DNA from: a virus
Length of the DNA stretch: 64,000 nt
Virus record (IMG/VR): IMGVR_UViG_3300007623_000006
Span: 1 to 64,000 of that record
Direction: 5' to 3' (one strand)
Below are positions 27,665-38,024 of the stretch, piece after piece; within the stretch, counting starts at the first letter, position 1, and each line of letters starts with the position of its first letter. Below the pieces are notes generated by a model that was not told the DNA's origin, ran no database searches, and saw nothing but the letters and a program-made list of their open reading frames with translations. The translations under genes and the position numbers were made by a program.

Positions 27665-30355
27665 TTATATAAAATATTTAAAATATTTCTGGACATCACT
27701 GTTTATAACAGTTCTACTGTGCTTTCTTTCGTACCCAATCTTTCTTAAAAAAGACTTAAAATCATTTAGTTTATATGTCTCTTGTATTTCTTTTATTTGT
27801 TTATCTGAATACCAATTTTCTAACTTAACATTGAACATTTTAATTACATCTCTATAAAAATTATGTTGTTCTTTAAATTCTGAGTTTTTAACACCTGACG
27901 ATATTAAGTTATCAATGTAGTTACTAATAAATATTAAATCTTTCTTATATAATAATATAAGATTATTTATTTTATTAATCATTTTGTTGTCGCTTAATAT
28001 TTCCGCTTTTGATATTTCTGCTATTGTCTCATTATCTCTTACTCTGACCATTTGGCTAATTTTGTACATTTGTAATTTTACTAATTCACTGTCGTTTAAA
28101 GACCTTGTAGTGTTTACATATGATTCACTATCACTTATATCTTCGTTCTTATTAACTTCAATTAAGTCAAGTGTTTGTTTCTTTAGTTTATCTTTAGTTC
28201 TCTTTATACACTCTTTAAAATTTAAATTAACTTTTGTAGTTATCTCGTTTTTTTGTTTAAACTTAAATTGTTCACCTAATAGAATATTAAAAGATAGTCT
28301 GTGATTATTTTCTAATCTATTTTGAAATGCTTGTATTTTGTTCATAAACTTACCAACTGGACTTAGAACAAAATTCGAATTTTCGTCTATTTGTATTGTA
28401 ACTGTATTAACAGCACCCTTAAAATATCTTTCTAAGTTTTGACTAAATAAATCATTCAATGTACCTTCATCTGTAGGCTCTAGTTTAACTCTTTCTTGTA
28501 AAAATAAATGTAAATGTTTCATTTTTCTTGTTCTTTTAACCATTTGTAATGAACTGATAACATCTGCAGCATTACCCGTATCATAATGGAAATGATGTGT
28601 ACAGTTATTCATATTACTAACACCTACTGTAAGTGTAGGTGAATACAATAATAAATCCCACTTATCATTTTCATTATTTTCAAATAGTTTATAAATCAAC
28701 TTTTTTGCTTCTTCACTTGTATTAGCAGTTAGTTTAAACACTTTATGACCTTGCATTTCTGCTAAATCATAAATGGCATTAATTACATTGTTACTCATTA
28801 CACTAGCAGTTACAGTTTCATTGTCTTTTTTTGTTTGAAGCACTTTTAATATTTTTGACACAAATGTATCTCTTTTATCATAATATGAAATATCTATTTC
28901 GTCTCTATAATTATTTTGTACATAATATATTTTTTTATTTTCATAAAAACTATCTTCATACCCACTTAAAAACGCATCTGCCATTACTATTTTTTTATTT
29001 TTAAGTATATGGAAAAATTTAGCAGAGTTAAAAGGTCTCATATTGTCTTTCATACTGTTAATAGACTGGAACATAAGCGACACAAACTCATCTAGTATCA
29101 CCATATCAAAATCTCTTAAATCATACTTGTATAAACTATCCATCTGTACAATTAAGTCTTCACCTGGAACCCATCCGTTGTCATCTTGTCTGTAAGTTTT
29201 TATGTTATATTTGTTAGCATAGTCATCTGCTACTGAAATTCTATTAGATACTAATAGGATTTTATAATCCATATCTCTTGCTTCACTTATAATAAAGTCT
29301 ATTATCTTAGATTTACCTGTACCCATTGCACTTTTAACTTTTAATACATCACCAACACTTAAGAACTTTTTAAGGAATTTATCTAATTTAGGTTCTTTTA
29401 TGTCTATAAATTGTTGATTAATATATAATTCATTATCATAAAGTTTCTTATGCTCTTCGAATTGTTTTTTAAGTTCATATGCAGTTTGTTCTTTAATAAA
29501 TTCTTTACCCTCTTTAGTCTGCCTTATTTCATTAAATATATTAATTGACTTTTCTTTATTATGGTGGTGCATAATATGTGGTGATTCTATATATGTAAAA
29601 TATCCACCTGGTGACTTTACTTCATTTGGATGTTGCCAATTAATAGTTTTACCTCTACTTGCAATAACAGAAAACCCTTTTTTTCTATAAATGTCGTAAC
29701 ATATATTAATCATTTTACTAGTATCAACATTTTGTATAAAGTCGTTTTCTTTTTTAGTTTTAATGTATTTTTCATTAATAGTAATAAAATCATTATCAAC
29801 TGGAGTATCACTATCTAGTTTAGTTAACAATATTTCATTTCTAAATAATGGGGCTTGTAATGACACATCACTTGCAGCATTTGTATCAATTTTACCATAA
29901 CCACCTAATTGTTCATTTAATATAGTAAGGAATTTATGTGTGTTTAATTTTGTGTGTTCGTAATTTGTTTCTATAAACCCTTTAAGGTTAAATTTAGTTT
30001 CACCGTCCCAATTTTTAGACTTTCCTAATATAACATTATAATCAGACTTTTTAAAAAAATCTAAAACTTTTTTCATGTTATCGTAAGATACAATATCATC
30101 TACATCTAGTGTAGTATATCCTGAATTTTTACATCTAAATTGTTTTAAATATTCTTCTTTTCTTTCAGATAATATAGGCTCTGATATATCTAGTGGATTT
30201 GACAATACCCATTCTTGTGTTAATATTTCAAAGCATTCTTTTATTGAACTTACTTCGTGTGTAGTGAATGTAAAACTTTTATGATTTGGTTCACTATATG
30301 GTGATGTAGGTCTTTTATTTCTGTTTTTAATAGCATTGAATGTAGTTATTTTCAC
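27665..30355 (-). CDS. SF2 helicase of the origin-binding-protein (UL9-like) type with N-terminal extension (possible primase-like domain)
   Basis: KSAMGTGKS, VSNRIS, VQMDSL, ILDEF, MADA, YSPTLTVGVS, QMVKRTR; N-terminal TLDVD. Confidence 0.7.
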   Translation of the reverse strand: MKITTFNAIKNRNKRPTSPYSEPNHKSFTFTTHEVSSIKECFEILTQEWVLSNPLDISEPILSERKEEYLKQFRCKNSGYTTLDVDDIVSYDNMKKVLDFFKKSDYNVILGKSKNWDGETKFNLKGFIETNYEHTKLNTHKFLTILNEQLGGYGKIDTNAASDVSLQAPLFRNEILLTKLDSDTPVDNDFITINEKYIKTKKENDFIQNVDTSKMINICYDIYRKKGFSVIASRGKTINWQHPNEVKSPGGYFTYIESPHIMHHHNKEKSINIFNEIRQTKEGKEFIKEQTAYELKKQFEEHKKLYDNELYINQQFIDIKEPKLDKFLKKFLSVGDVLKVKSAMGTGKSKIIDFIISEARDMDYKILLVSNRISVADDYANKYNIKTYRQDDNGWVPGEDLIVQMDSLYKYDLRDFDMVILDEFVSLMFQSINSMKDNMRPFNSAKFFHILKNKKIVMADAFLSGYEDSFYENKKIYYVQNNYRDEIDISYYDKRDTFVSKILKVLQTKKDNETVTASVMSNNVINAIYDLAEMQGHKVFKLTANTSEEAKKLIYKLFENNENDKWDLLLYSPTLTVGVSNMNNCTHHFHYDTGNAADVISSLQMVKRTRKMKHLHLFLQERVKLEPTDEGTLNDLFSQNLERYFKGAVNTVTIQIDENSNFVLSPVGKFMNKIQAFQNRLENNHRLSFNILLGEQFKFKQKNEITTKVNLNFKECIKRTKDKLKKQTLDLIEVNKNEDISDSESYVNTTRSLNDSELVKLQMYKISQMVRVRDNETIAEISKAEILSDNKMINKINNLILLYKKDLIFISNYIDNLISSGVKNSEFKEQHNFYRDVIKMFNVKLENWYSDKQIKEIQETYKLNDFKSFLRKIGYERKHSRTVINSDVQKYFKYFI

Positions 30356-30379
30356 ACATTTCCTTCATATTTTTTTTGA

Positions 30380-30401
30380 ATTTTATAATAAATTTGCTTA
30401 A
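30380..30401 (-). promoter_or_regulatory. Early promoter variant TTAAGC-N10-TAAAAT
   Basis: Same spacing as the consensus. Confidence 0.55.
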
Positions 30402-30404
30402 TAG

Positions 30405-30797
30405 TTACATATTTTTAAAATATGGTGCCAAATAATCACTATATTCGTCTCTATTATCGTTTGTTGTAGTTTTCATATATTCTTTTTTTGTGATTTGTGT
30501 GTTGTGACCTTTAACATACTTGATTTTATATCCTAATTCTTTTAAAGGTTTGATAATTTTGTTTAAGTCTTTTTTATTAAAATTGATAGAGTATGACCCA
30601 CCATTGTTACCAAGTTCAAAATATTTACCACCAGTAAATGTATTGTTTGAGTATAAATTAAATGTTTTTGATATACTGTACCAACCATCTGATACAAACA
30701 TTTGAGAGTCTTTTGTTGTATTAAACCAAATCTGTTCTGATTTGTCTTTGTGTATACTTATTCTTATTTCTTTTTGTGTATCTTCATAAAAGTTCAT
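30405..30797 (-). CDS. Hypothetical protein
   Basis: AAGGA SD and own promoter. Confidence 0.7.
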   Translation of the reverse strand: MNFYEDTQKEIRISIHKDKSEQIWFNTTKDSQMFVSDGWYSISKTFNLYSNNTFTGGKYFELGNNGGSYSINFNKKDLNKIIKPLKELGYKIKYVKGHNTQITKKEYMKTTTNDNRDEYSDYLAPYFKNM

Positions 30798-30822
30798 TTA
30801 TCATTCCTTTTTGTATAATAAT

Positions 30823-30844
30823 ATTATAACAAAAGAACACTTAA
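30823..30844 (-). promoter_or_regulatory. Early promoter TTAAGT-N10-TATAAT
   Basis: Exact motif, with an extra TTAAGT one helical turn upstream. Confidence 0.7.
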
Positions 30845-30860
30845 AATGAACTTAAATGAA

Positions 30861-31586
30861 TTAACCTACAGTAATACCTAATGGAGGAGACCATCTAGTT
30901 AATAATTCTTCGTCAAGTCTTTCAATATCTGCTTGACCTTCACTTTTCATATCACTGTAATTGATAGTATTTCCATTGATAAGTGTACCCGAATATTTTC
31001 CTACATTATTACCCCATTGGTATCTACATTTTGCTAATGTCATTTCTTTAATCCAAGGGTGGTTAAAAATACCATCGACTTCACCTGGTTCATACTCAAG
31101 TGCTACCTGAATAAGTGCTTGGTGATGCCTACTCATATCTTCGTGAAATGTAAGTATTGAGTTATTAGAGTTAAATGTATAAGCAGGTGATACATCAAAC
31201 ATATAATCAAACTTAGAGTATCTAGCAAGTGTAGTTTCGTAATCTGCTAAACTTAATGATGATGCAGATGTTTGTGATGAAACAGTATACCCGTCAGGTA
31301 TACTGAATGCAGCCACTGGATTTAATGAGTTACTCAAACTGTTTACTTTAAGTTCTATAATACTAGCTATTCTACTATCTATTTTATATTCTTTTACGCC
31401 TTCAAAAATAGGAACAACCATATATCTTATATCTTGACCATCATAAGCAAATTCTGAAAATTTTTCAATAACACTATCAATTATTAGTTCAATTTGTTTA
31501 TCAGTTAGTTCTACTGTAATAACAGGTTCACCTAACATAGTTCTTACATAATCTATTAATAACTCTTTAGTGTTAATCTTTGCCAT
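30861..31586 (-). CDS. Neck protein gp13-like
   Basis: LIDY..LGEPVITVELTDKQI, WIKE..A..QWG.N..KY.G....G..IN, PP...VG. Confidence 0.88.
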   Translation of the reverse strand: MAKINTKELLIDYVRTMLGEPVITVELTDKQIELIIDSVIEKFSEFAYDGQDIRYMVVPIFEGVKEYKIDSRIASIIELKVNSLSNSLNPVAAFSIPDGYTVSSQTSASSLSLADYETTLARYSKFDYMFDVSPAYTFNSNNSILTFHEDMSRHHQALIQVALEYEPGEVDGIFNHPWIKEMTLAKCRYQWGNNVGKYSGTLINGNTINYSDMKSEGQADIERLDEELLTRWSPPLGITVG

Positions 31587-31598
31587 TTTTTAATCCTA

Positions 31599-32027
31599 TT
31601 ATGCTTTTAAATGTGCTTCTAAATCTTTAACCATATTTCTTAAAGATTTTTGTTTGTTTAAGTCAATACCATAAACTAAACCAAACTCTTCTAATTCAGC
31701 TTTTGTTTTAATTGCTCTTGCTTCGTTGATTATGTCAGTAACAGATTTAGTTTCTTCTACTTCCTCTTCAACAGTTTCTTCAACAGTTTCTTCTACTTCC
31801 TCTTCAACTGGTGCTTCAACAGTTTCTTCAACAGTTTTTTCAGCTGGTGCTTCTACTTTCTCTTCAACAGTTTCTTCAACTATTTCTTTAAAGAATTGTG
31901 GATATGTTGCAGTTAACACACCTTCTTTAATAATTTGTCCGTGAGTTAAATTCCAATTGAAATCGTTCACAAAAAGTGTCTTATGTTTAACACCAGTACC
32001 ACTTAAGTCTACTTTGAATTTTTTCAT
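31599..32027 (-). CDS. Acidic low-complexity protein (EETVEE repeats) with C-terminal helical domain
   Basis: Repeated GAAGAAACTGTT-type units at ~31750-31885; KAELEEFG..GIDL tail. Confidence 0.7.
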   Translation of the reverse strand: MKKFKVDLSGTGVKHKTLFVNDFNWNLTHGQIIKEGVLTATYPQFFKEIVEETVEEKVEAPAEKTVEETVEAPVEEEVEETVEETVEEEVEETKSVTDIINEARAIKTKAELEEFGLVYGIDLNKQKSLRNMVKDLEAHLKA

Positions 32028-32038
32028 TTTAATTCCTT

Positions 32039-32350
32039 TTATATTTCTTGATTTGTAGTTTCTATGATAACATCATTTGTTTCATTTTCGTTTGTATTTA
32101 TACTTTCTGAAAAATCATCTATAGATGTTTTTTTTGTTTCAGTTGATTTAGGTTCAACCACCTTTTCTTCCACCTTTTCAATTACAGGTGGTTTATAATA
32201 TGCTTTAGGGACAAAATATCTAGGGTAAAATTTATATATAGGAGAATCACCCTCATATACATCACCCTCTTTTAAAAGAAACATACTTCCTCTAAAATTA
32301 ATTGAAATTGAATTTTGCCCATTTAATGATACTACATACATTCTCATCAA
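32039..32350 (-). CDS. Hypothetical late protein
   Basis: AGGA SD; downstream of late promoter. Confidence 0.6.
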   Translation of the reverse strand: MMRMYVVSLNGQNSISINFRGSMFLLKEGDVYEGDSPIYKFYPRYFVPKAYYKPPVIEKVEEKVVEPKSTETKKTSIDDFSESINTNENETNDVIIETTNQEI

Positions 32351-32372
32351 TTTCCTTTCTTATGATTTTAAG

Positions 32373-32384
32373 TATTTATAAATA
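32373..32384. promoter_or_regulatory. Palindromic bidirectional late promoter TATTTATAAATA
   Basis: TATAAATA on both strands between divergent late operons. Confidence 0.75.
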
Positions 32385-32418
32385 CAATAAAAATAAACTT
32401 ATTAATAGGAGAAAAACT

Positions 32419-34398
32419 ATGGCAATGTTAAGTCCAGGTGTAGAAGTAAAAGAAATTGACTTATCAATCAGAGTTCCAGAAGTATCAAAAGCAATCGCTT
32501 GTTTTGGTGGTGTTTTCAACAAGGGACCTGTAGATGAGAAAATGTTAATGACAAATGTAGATGATTTTATCTCATTTTTTGGTGAGCCATCACATTCAAA
32601 TTATAATGATTGGTTCCAAGTATACAACTTTTTACAGTATGCTAATAAAATATATGTAACAAGAGCGTTTAATGATGAGTGTGCAAATTCACACGGTTTC
32701 GTAACAGTAAGAAGTGAGGAGTTACCAACAATTACATTAGGTACAAATGATAAAGTTTTTATTAAAAATCCAGATGATTTTGAACAAATGTATTTAAGTA
32801 AGCCACCAGCTGATGTATTAAGTAGAAGACCGGCATTCAAAGACAAATCAAAATTATTATTTGTTGCTCAAACTTTTGGTGCGTGGGGAGATAATGTTTC
32901 AGTAGGTATTGCTACTAAAACTGATTTTGTAAGAGGTGCTAAAGTTGGTGGATACACATTCTCTAACTTATTTGAATACCACCCTGGTACAGAGGTAGTA
33001 TACACAAATATTGAACCAGAATCAACTGTTGCTGAATTTACTGTAGAAATTACAGGTAACATTCCTGAGCAAGTAGGTGACCAAATTGATATGGAAATCA
33101 CAGATGCTGAAGGTGTTAAATCTTATATTACAGGTACAATTACTACTAAAGATGTAGCAATTAATGACCCAATTTTAGGAAACTCGGCACAAATGGTAAT
33201 TGATGTATCTACATCTAACTTAGAAGCAGTACCTGCAAGAATTACATTAATTCCTGAATCAATGGAAATTGGTGTTGTAATTTTAGAAAACGGTAAACCA
33301 GTAGAAACATATATTGTATCTATGGATGAAAACGCTAAAGATTATACAAACAAATCAACATATATTGAAGAAGTTATTAACAGAAAATCTCAATATGTAT
33401 ATGTAAAAGTTAACCAAAGTGCAACAGAGTACTTACCAAGTGGGTGTAATGACACTGATGGTTTATTAAAATTAAGAAACTATTTCCAACCAGCTACTGA
33501 TGATTTAGGTGCTGTTGTTGCTGATTGTTATGCAACATCTGCTGATAATGGTATTTTCTCTAATAAAGAAGAATTTGATGTAGACTTAGTTATTGCTAAT
33601 GAAAGAGCACAAGTTGCTGCTATAAGTTTAGCAAGAGACAGAGGTGACTGTATTGCATTCTTAGGTGCAAAAGAAGAAGATGTTGTATGTGCTAAATCTG
33701 CTATTGCAGTTAATAATTTAGTTGAATATGTAACAATGGGTGAATTAAATGTTGAATCATCATACGCGGCATTCTTTGGTAACTACAAATACCAATATGA
33801 CAAATGGAATGACACTTATAGATGGGTAAACTTAGCAGGTGATGTTGCTGGATTAAGAGCAGACACTAACACTAGAAGAGATGTATGGTGGGCGTCAGCA
33901 GGTATTGATAGAGGACAAATTAGAAACGCTATTAAATTAGCATTCAATCCTAACCAAGGTGAAAGAGATATCCTTTACAAAACTAAAATCAATCCAATCG
34001 TTTCATTCCCTGGTCAAGGAAATGCAATTGTATGGGGTCAAAAAACATTACAATCTAAACCATCAGCATTTGATAGAATTAATGTAAGAGGTTTATTTAA
34101 TACATTAGAAAGAGCAATTTCAAGAATGGCTAAGTACTATGTATTTGAGATTAATGATGAGTTCACAAGAAATAGATTTAAAGCAACTATTGAACCATTC
34201 TTAAGAAATGTTAAAGCAAATAGAGGTATTTATGACTTCTATGTTAGATGTGATGAAACTAACAATACACCATATGTTATTGATGCTAACCAATTCATTG
34301 CAGATATCGCAATTAAACCTGCTAGAACAGCAGAGTTCTTAACACTTAACTTTATCGCAGTTTCGACTGGTGTTGAGTTTAGTGAAATTTTCGCTTAA
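32419..34398 (+). CDS. Tail sheath protein gp18
   Basis: MLSPGVEVKEIDL, W.SAG..RGQI, WGQKT..SAFDRINVR, CDETNNT; start moved to ATG 32419 (AGGAG SD). Confidence 0.95.
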   Translation: MAMLSPGVEVKEIDLSIRVPEVSKAIACFGGVFNKGPVDEKMLMTNVDDFISFFGEPSHSNYNDWFQVYNFLQYANKIYVTRAFNDECANSHGFVTVRSEELPTITLGTNDKVFIKNPDDFEQMYLSKPPADVLSRRPAFKDKSKLLFVAQTFGAWGDNVSVGIATKTDFVRGAKVGGYTFSNLFEYHPGTEVVYTNIEPESTVAEFTVEITGNIPEQVGDQIDMEITDAEGVKSYITGTITTKDVAINDPILGNSAQMVIDVSTSNLEAVPARITLIPESMEIGVVILENGKPVETYIVSMDENAKDYTNKSTYIEEVINRKSQYVYVKVNQSATEYLPSGCNDTDGLLKLRNYFQPATDDLGAVVADCYATSADNGIFSNKEEFDVDLVIANERAQVAAISLARDRGDCIAFLGAKEEDVVCAKSAIAVNNLVEYVTMGELNVESSYAAFFGNYKYQYDKWNDTYRWVNLAGDVAGLRADTNTRRDVWWASAGIDRGQIRNAIKLAFNPNQGERDILYKTKINPIVSFPGQGNAIVWGQKTLQSKPSAFDRINVRGLFNTLERAISRMAKYYVFEINDEFTRNRFKATIEPFLRNVKANRGIYDFYVRCDETNNTPYVIDANQFIADIAIKPARTAEFLTLNFIAVSTGVEFSEIFA

Positions 34399-34414
34399 TC
34401 TTAAGTGAAACTTA

Positions 34415-34435
34415 AACAAGGGTAACTCCCTTGTT
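34415..34435 (+). terminator. Hairpin after gp18
   Basis: AACAAGGG-TAACT-CCCTTGTT. Confidence 0.6.
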
Positions 34436-34454
34436 AACCTACCTACAACCTACA

Positions 34455-34462
34455 TATAAATA
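34455..34462 (+). promoter_or_regulatory. T4 late promoter
   Basis: TATAAATA before portal gene. Confidence 0.75.
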
Positions 34463-34487
34463 CAATTAAAATAGAAAGGTAACTTAT

Positions 34488-36053
34488 ATGGCTGAAAATT
34501 TATTCGAGGCCTTGAAAACTAGATTATTCAAGGATAAAGAACCTCAAACATATACTGATTATGAAGATGATAAAGTAACCATCGACAAATCAATCAAAGT
34601 TGACCACGAAACTATAAATCCACCTGTTGGTTTTTTTGATGACCAAGATGAAAAAAACAGTGGATGGTTTTCAAACAGTGCAAAAAGTGGAGCACTAGTA
34701 CAACAAGCAGATTTAATTGCTGAGTACAGAAGAGTAGCACAATCACCAGAAGGTAGGCTAGCAATTGATGAAATTGTTAACGAAGCAATTTTTGTACCTG
34801 GAAGTGATGATACTTTAAAAATAGATGTAGATTCAGGTAAACTGACTGAAAAAACTTGTGAAGTAATTATTGAAACATTTAATGAATTATCTGACATTAT
34901 GGATATTGAAATGAACATAGGTTACTTATTTGAAAAATGGTACACTGATGGTCAGTTAGTATTACAAGTTATATATGATAACAATGATTTAAGTAAAGGT
35001 ATCACTGGGTTTAATGTCCTAGACCCTGCTTTTTTAACATACAATAAAAAAGACAACGAATGGACATATGCTAAACAAGTGACTAATTCTTATACACAAA
35101 GAAAAGAAATCAAGTACGATGGTCAAAGAAAATATTCATCTGAGGAAATTATTTTTATTTCATCAGAATTATTTGAAAAAGCATTATCTGATATTAACGG
35201 TGATGGTATAAAAATTATAAAATCACACTTACATAATGCTATAAAAGTTTTTAACCAGTTAACATCACTTGAAGATATGTTAATACCTATGAGATTCTCT
35301 AGGTCTGTATCGAGAAGAGTATTTAATGTGGATGTAGGTGATTTACCAGCAAGTAAAGCAGAAGCTGCACTTAATAGAATTAAAGATAAATTTAAGTACA
35401 AAAAGTTTTATGATGTTGATAAAGGAACAATTTCTAATCAAATGCATATTGCTTCATTAGTTGAAGATTATTGGTTTCAAAATAGAGATGGTTCAAAAGG
35501 TACACAAGTTGATACATTAGATGAATCTGGTAACTTAGGTGAGTTAGGTGATATTACATACTTTAGAAAAAAATTATTTGGTGCGTTAAAAATACCAATG
35601 AGTAGAGTATTAGACGAAGTTGAAGGTCAACAATCAGAGTTTGATTATGGTGCTTCAGCAGTAAGTAGAGAAGAAATTAAATTTTTTGCATTTATTCAAA
35701 AATTAAGAAGACAATTTTTAAGAATATTTAGAGAAGCAATGAAAAGACATATGCTTTACAAAGGTATTATTGCCGATGAAAATGAGTGGAATAATATTAG
35801 AAAACATATTAAAATATCATTTACAAAAGAAAATATTTTCTTAGAAACTATGGATGTTGAGTTACTTACTCAAAAAATAGGGTTATATGGTGATATTGAA
35901 GAGATGATTGGAAAAGAGTTTTCTAAAGAATGGGTAAGAAAAAAAGTTCTTAAATTATCTGATGAAGAAATAAAAGAAATGAAAGACCAAATTGCTAAAG
36001 AAAAAGCAGAGGGTGAGTATGAAACTAGTGAAGATTCAAATTCACGGTGGTAA
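34488..36053 (+). CDS. Portal vertex protein gp20
   Basis: AIDEIVNEA, NQL..LED, RRVFNVDVG.LP..KAE, EDYW...RDG.KGT.V.TL, L..ALKIP.SR. Confidence 0.95.
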   Translation: MAENLFEALKTRLFKDKEPQTYTDYEDDKVTIDKSIKVDHETINPPVGFFDDQDEKNSGWFSNSAKSGALVQQADLIAEYRRVAQSPEGRLAIDEIVNEAIFVPGSDDTLKIDVDSGKLTEKTCEVIIETFNELSDIMDIEMNIGYLFEKWYTDGQLVLQVIYDNNDLSKGITGFNVLDPAFLTYNKKDNEWTYAKQVTNSYTQRKEIKYDGQRKYSSEEIIFISSELFEKALSDINGDGIKIIKSHLHNAIKVFNQLTSLEDMLIPMRFSRSVSRRVFNVDVGDLPASKAEAALNRIKDKFKYKKFYDVDKGTISNQMHIASLVEDYWFQNRDGSKGTQVDTLDESGNLGELGDITYFRKKLFGALKIPMSRVLDEVEGQQSEFDYGASAVSREEIKFFAFIQKLRRQFLRIFREAMKRHMLYKGIIADENEWNNIRKHIKISFTKENIFLETMDVELLTQKIGLYGDIEEMIGKEFSKEWVRKKVLKLSDEEIKEMKDQIAKEKAEGEYETSEDSNSRW

Positions 36054-36091
36054 TAAATACATATGATAAAACAAATTATGAAAGGCAAAAA

Positions 36092-36367
36092 ATGGATAAA
36101 ACAGTATTAGATTTAGCAAAAAATAAAAAAATTGCTGATTTTGCTGATGTTGTAAAGGCTGAACTAAAGAAAAAAGTTTTAGATAATGAGTACATTAAAT
36201 CTAAGGCCGGTGAAGTTGAACAATATCAAAAAATCTCAAACGCTATGGCAGAGTTAAATAAATCTACTGAACCTGAAAAGGATGTTGATACATCTAAATC
36301 AGAAGAAACTGACACAAAGGAAGTTCAATCAGCAGACAATAACACTGATACTGATGAGGAGAAATAA
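36092..36367 (+). CDS. Small prohead core-type protein (gp67/68 position)
   Basis: Between portal and protease; AAGG SD before ATG 36092; acidic tail. Confidence 0.5.
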   Translation: MDKTVLDLAKNKKIADFADVVKAELKKKVLDNEYIKSKAGEVEQYQKISNAMAELNKSTEPEKDVDTSKSEETDTKEVQSADNNTDTDEEK

Positions 36368-37122
36368 TGATGAAGTTAATATTAGAAGACGAAAACTTAG
36401 ACTTAAGTAGTCAGGTAGTTGAGTCTGTTAATGAAGCAACTGGTGCTAAGAAAAAAGAATATTTTTTAAGTGGTGTGTTCTCAACAGCAGGTGTTAAAAA
36501 TGGTAACGGTAGAGTTTACCCTAGAGACATTTGGGAAAGAGAAGTTGCAGCATACCAATTAAAAATAAACGAAAATCATATGCATACTTTAGGTGAATGG
36601 GAACACCCTGCGAGAGCAGATGTAGACCCAATGAAGGCAGTAATCAAAATTACTGAATTAAAACTTGAAGGTGATTATGTATACGGAAAAGCAAAAGTTT
36701 TAGACAATCCAGAAGGAAATAGACTAAAGACACTTATTGATGAGGGTATCAAAATTGATATTTCTAGTAGAGGTGTAGGTAGTGTAGGAAAAAATGGTAT
36801 TGTTGAAGAATTTAAACTTATTACATATGATTTAGTTTCTAAAGCAAGTAATCCTGGTAGTCATTTAACTGGTATAGTTGAAGGACAATCATACATGGTT
36901 AATGAAAGTGGTGACATTGTTGAATACAAAGAAGACACTAAAGTGACACAAGATATGATTATTGAAACTGAAACTAATATTAAATCTGATGAAGATGATA
37001 ATAAAGATACAGTAAAAAGTACTAGTAGTATACAAAATGACACATTAAATGAAACTGAAAAAATGAACATTAAAGATGTTCAAAAAACATTAGTAGAAGA
37101 GTTTAAAAAACTTTTTAAATAA
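36367..37122 (+). CDS. Prohead protease gp21
   Basis: KNGNGRVYP, LGEWEHP, ISSRGVGS, DLV...S. Confidence 0.92.
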   Translation: MMKLILEDENLDLSSQVVESVNEATGAKKKEYFLSGVFSTAGVKNGNGRVYPRDIWEREVAAYQLKINENHMHTLGEWEHPARADVDPMKAVIKITELKLEGDYVYGKAKVLDNPEGNRLKTLIDEGIKIDISSRGVGSVGKNGIVEEFKLITYDLVSKASNPGSHLTGIVEGQSYMVNESGDIVEYKEDTKVTQDMIIETETNIKSDEDDNKDTVKSTSSIQNDTLNETEKMNIKDVQKTLVEEFKKLFK

Positions 37123-37128
37123 AACGAT

Positions 37129-37136
37129 TATAAATA
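37129..37136 (+). promoter_or_regulatory. T4 late promoter
   Basis: TATAAATA before gp22. Confidence 0.75.
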
Positions 37137-37163
37137 CAATAAATTATATAGGAGACATATACA

Positions 37164-37982
37164 ATGGAAGAAATTTTAAAGAAAATTAATTCTGATATTT
37201 TAACTGAATCAGTTATATCTGAATTAAAAGAAGCTTTTGACGCTGCTGTTGCTGCTGAAAAAGAGTCACTTTTAGAAACTTACGATGCTAAGTTAGAAGA
37301 ATTTAAAAAATCTGAAATGATTGCTGAAAGTGAAAAAATCCTAGATAAATATGATGCTAAATTTGAAGAATTCAAATCACAGTTATCAGAATCTAAGGAA
37401 AAAGAACTTGAGGAATACAAATCTGAGTTAGTTGAAGCATTAGATAGTTATCTAGAAGTGGTTGTAGACGAATTTTTAAAAGAAAATAAAGTTGCAATCG
37501 AAAACGAAGTAAAATCAATGAAATCTGATGCTATTTTAGAGGCATTTGATACAATTTTAGTTACAGCTGGTGTAGAAGTTGCTAGAATCGTTGAGTCAAA
37601 AGAAGAGAAACAAGTTGAAATTTCTGAATCTGAAGCAGAAAAAGTTGCTAAGATGGAAGAAAGATACAACAAACTTTTAGATGAGTCTAAAGAGTTGAAG
37701 GCTAAAAATCAAGAGTTATTTGAAATGGGTTTAAAGGCTGAGTTATGTGAAGGACTTTCTGTAGTACAGAAAGACAAATTCAATAAATTAGCAGAACTAG
37801 TTGAAAGCACTGATGATAGAAAAGCATTATTAACAAAATTAGAAGCTATCAAAGAGTCAGTTTTAGGTGATAAAGTTGTTGCAGAATCTAAAGTTGAAGA
37901 GAAATCTGAAACTAAAGACAAGGTAATTACAGAATCTGTGGTTGAGCAAAGTGTAAAAGCCGACAGCTCAAGATTTTTTTAA
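37164..37982 (+). CDS. Prohead core scaffold gp22
   Basis: Acidic coiled coil, LDSYLE.VV.EF..EN..AI, GLS..QKDKF..L.E; synteny. Confidence 0.85.
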   Translation: MEEILKKINSDILTESVISELKEAFDAAVAAEKESLLETYDAKLEEFKKSEMIAESEKILDKYDAKFEEFKSQLSESKEKELEEYKSELVEALDSYLEVVVDEFLKENKVAIENEVKSMKSDAILEAFDTILVTAGVEVARIVESKEEKQVEISESEAEKVAKMEERYNKLLDESKELKAKNQELFEMGLKAELCEGLSVVQKDKFNKLAELVESTDDRKALLTKLEAIKESVLGDKVVAESKVEEKSETKDKVITESVVEQSVKADSSRFF

Positions 37983-37984
37983 TA

Positions 37985-37992
37985 TATAAATA
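37985..37992 (+). promoter_or_regulatory. T4 late promoter
   Basis: TATAAATA before gp23. Confidence 0.75.
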
Positions 37993-38024
37993 AACTAAAT
38001 AATATAAAACAGGAGAAAATAAAA

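Noticed and set aside
32302-32418. N-terminal extension of the tail sheath ORF given in the track
   Set aside because: Overlaps the divergent gene and promoter; the conserved start and SD are at 32419.
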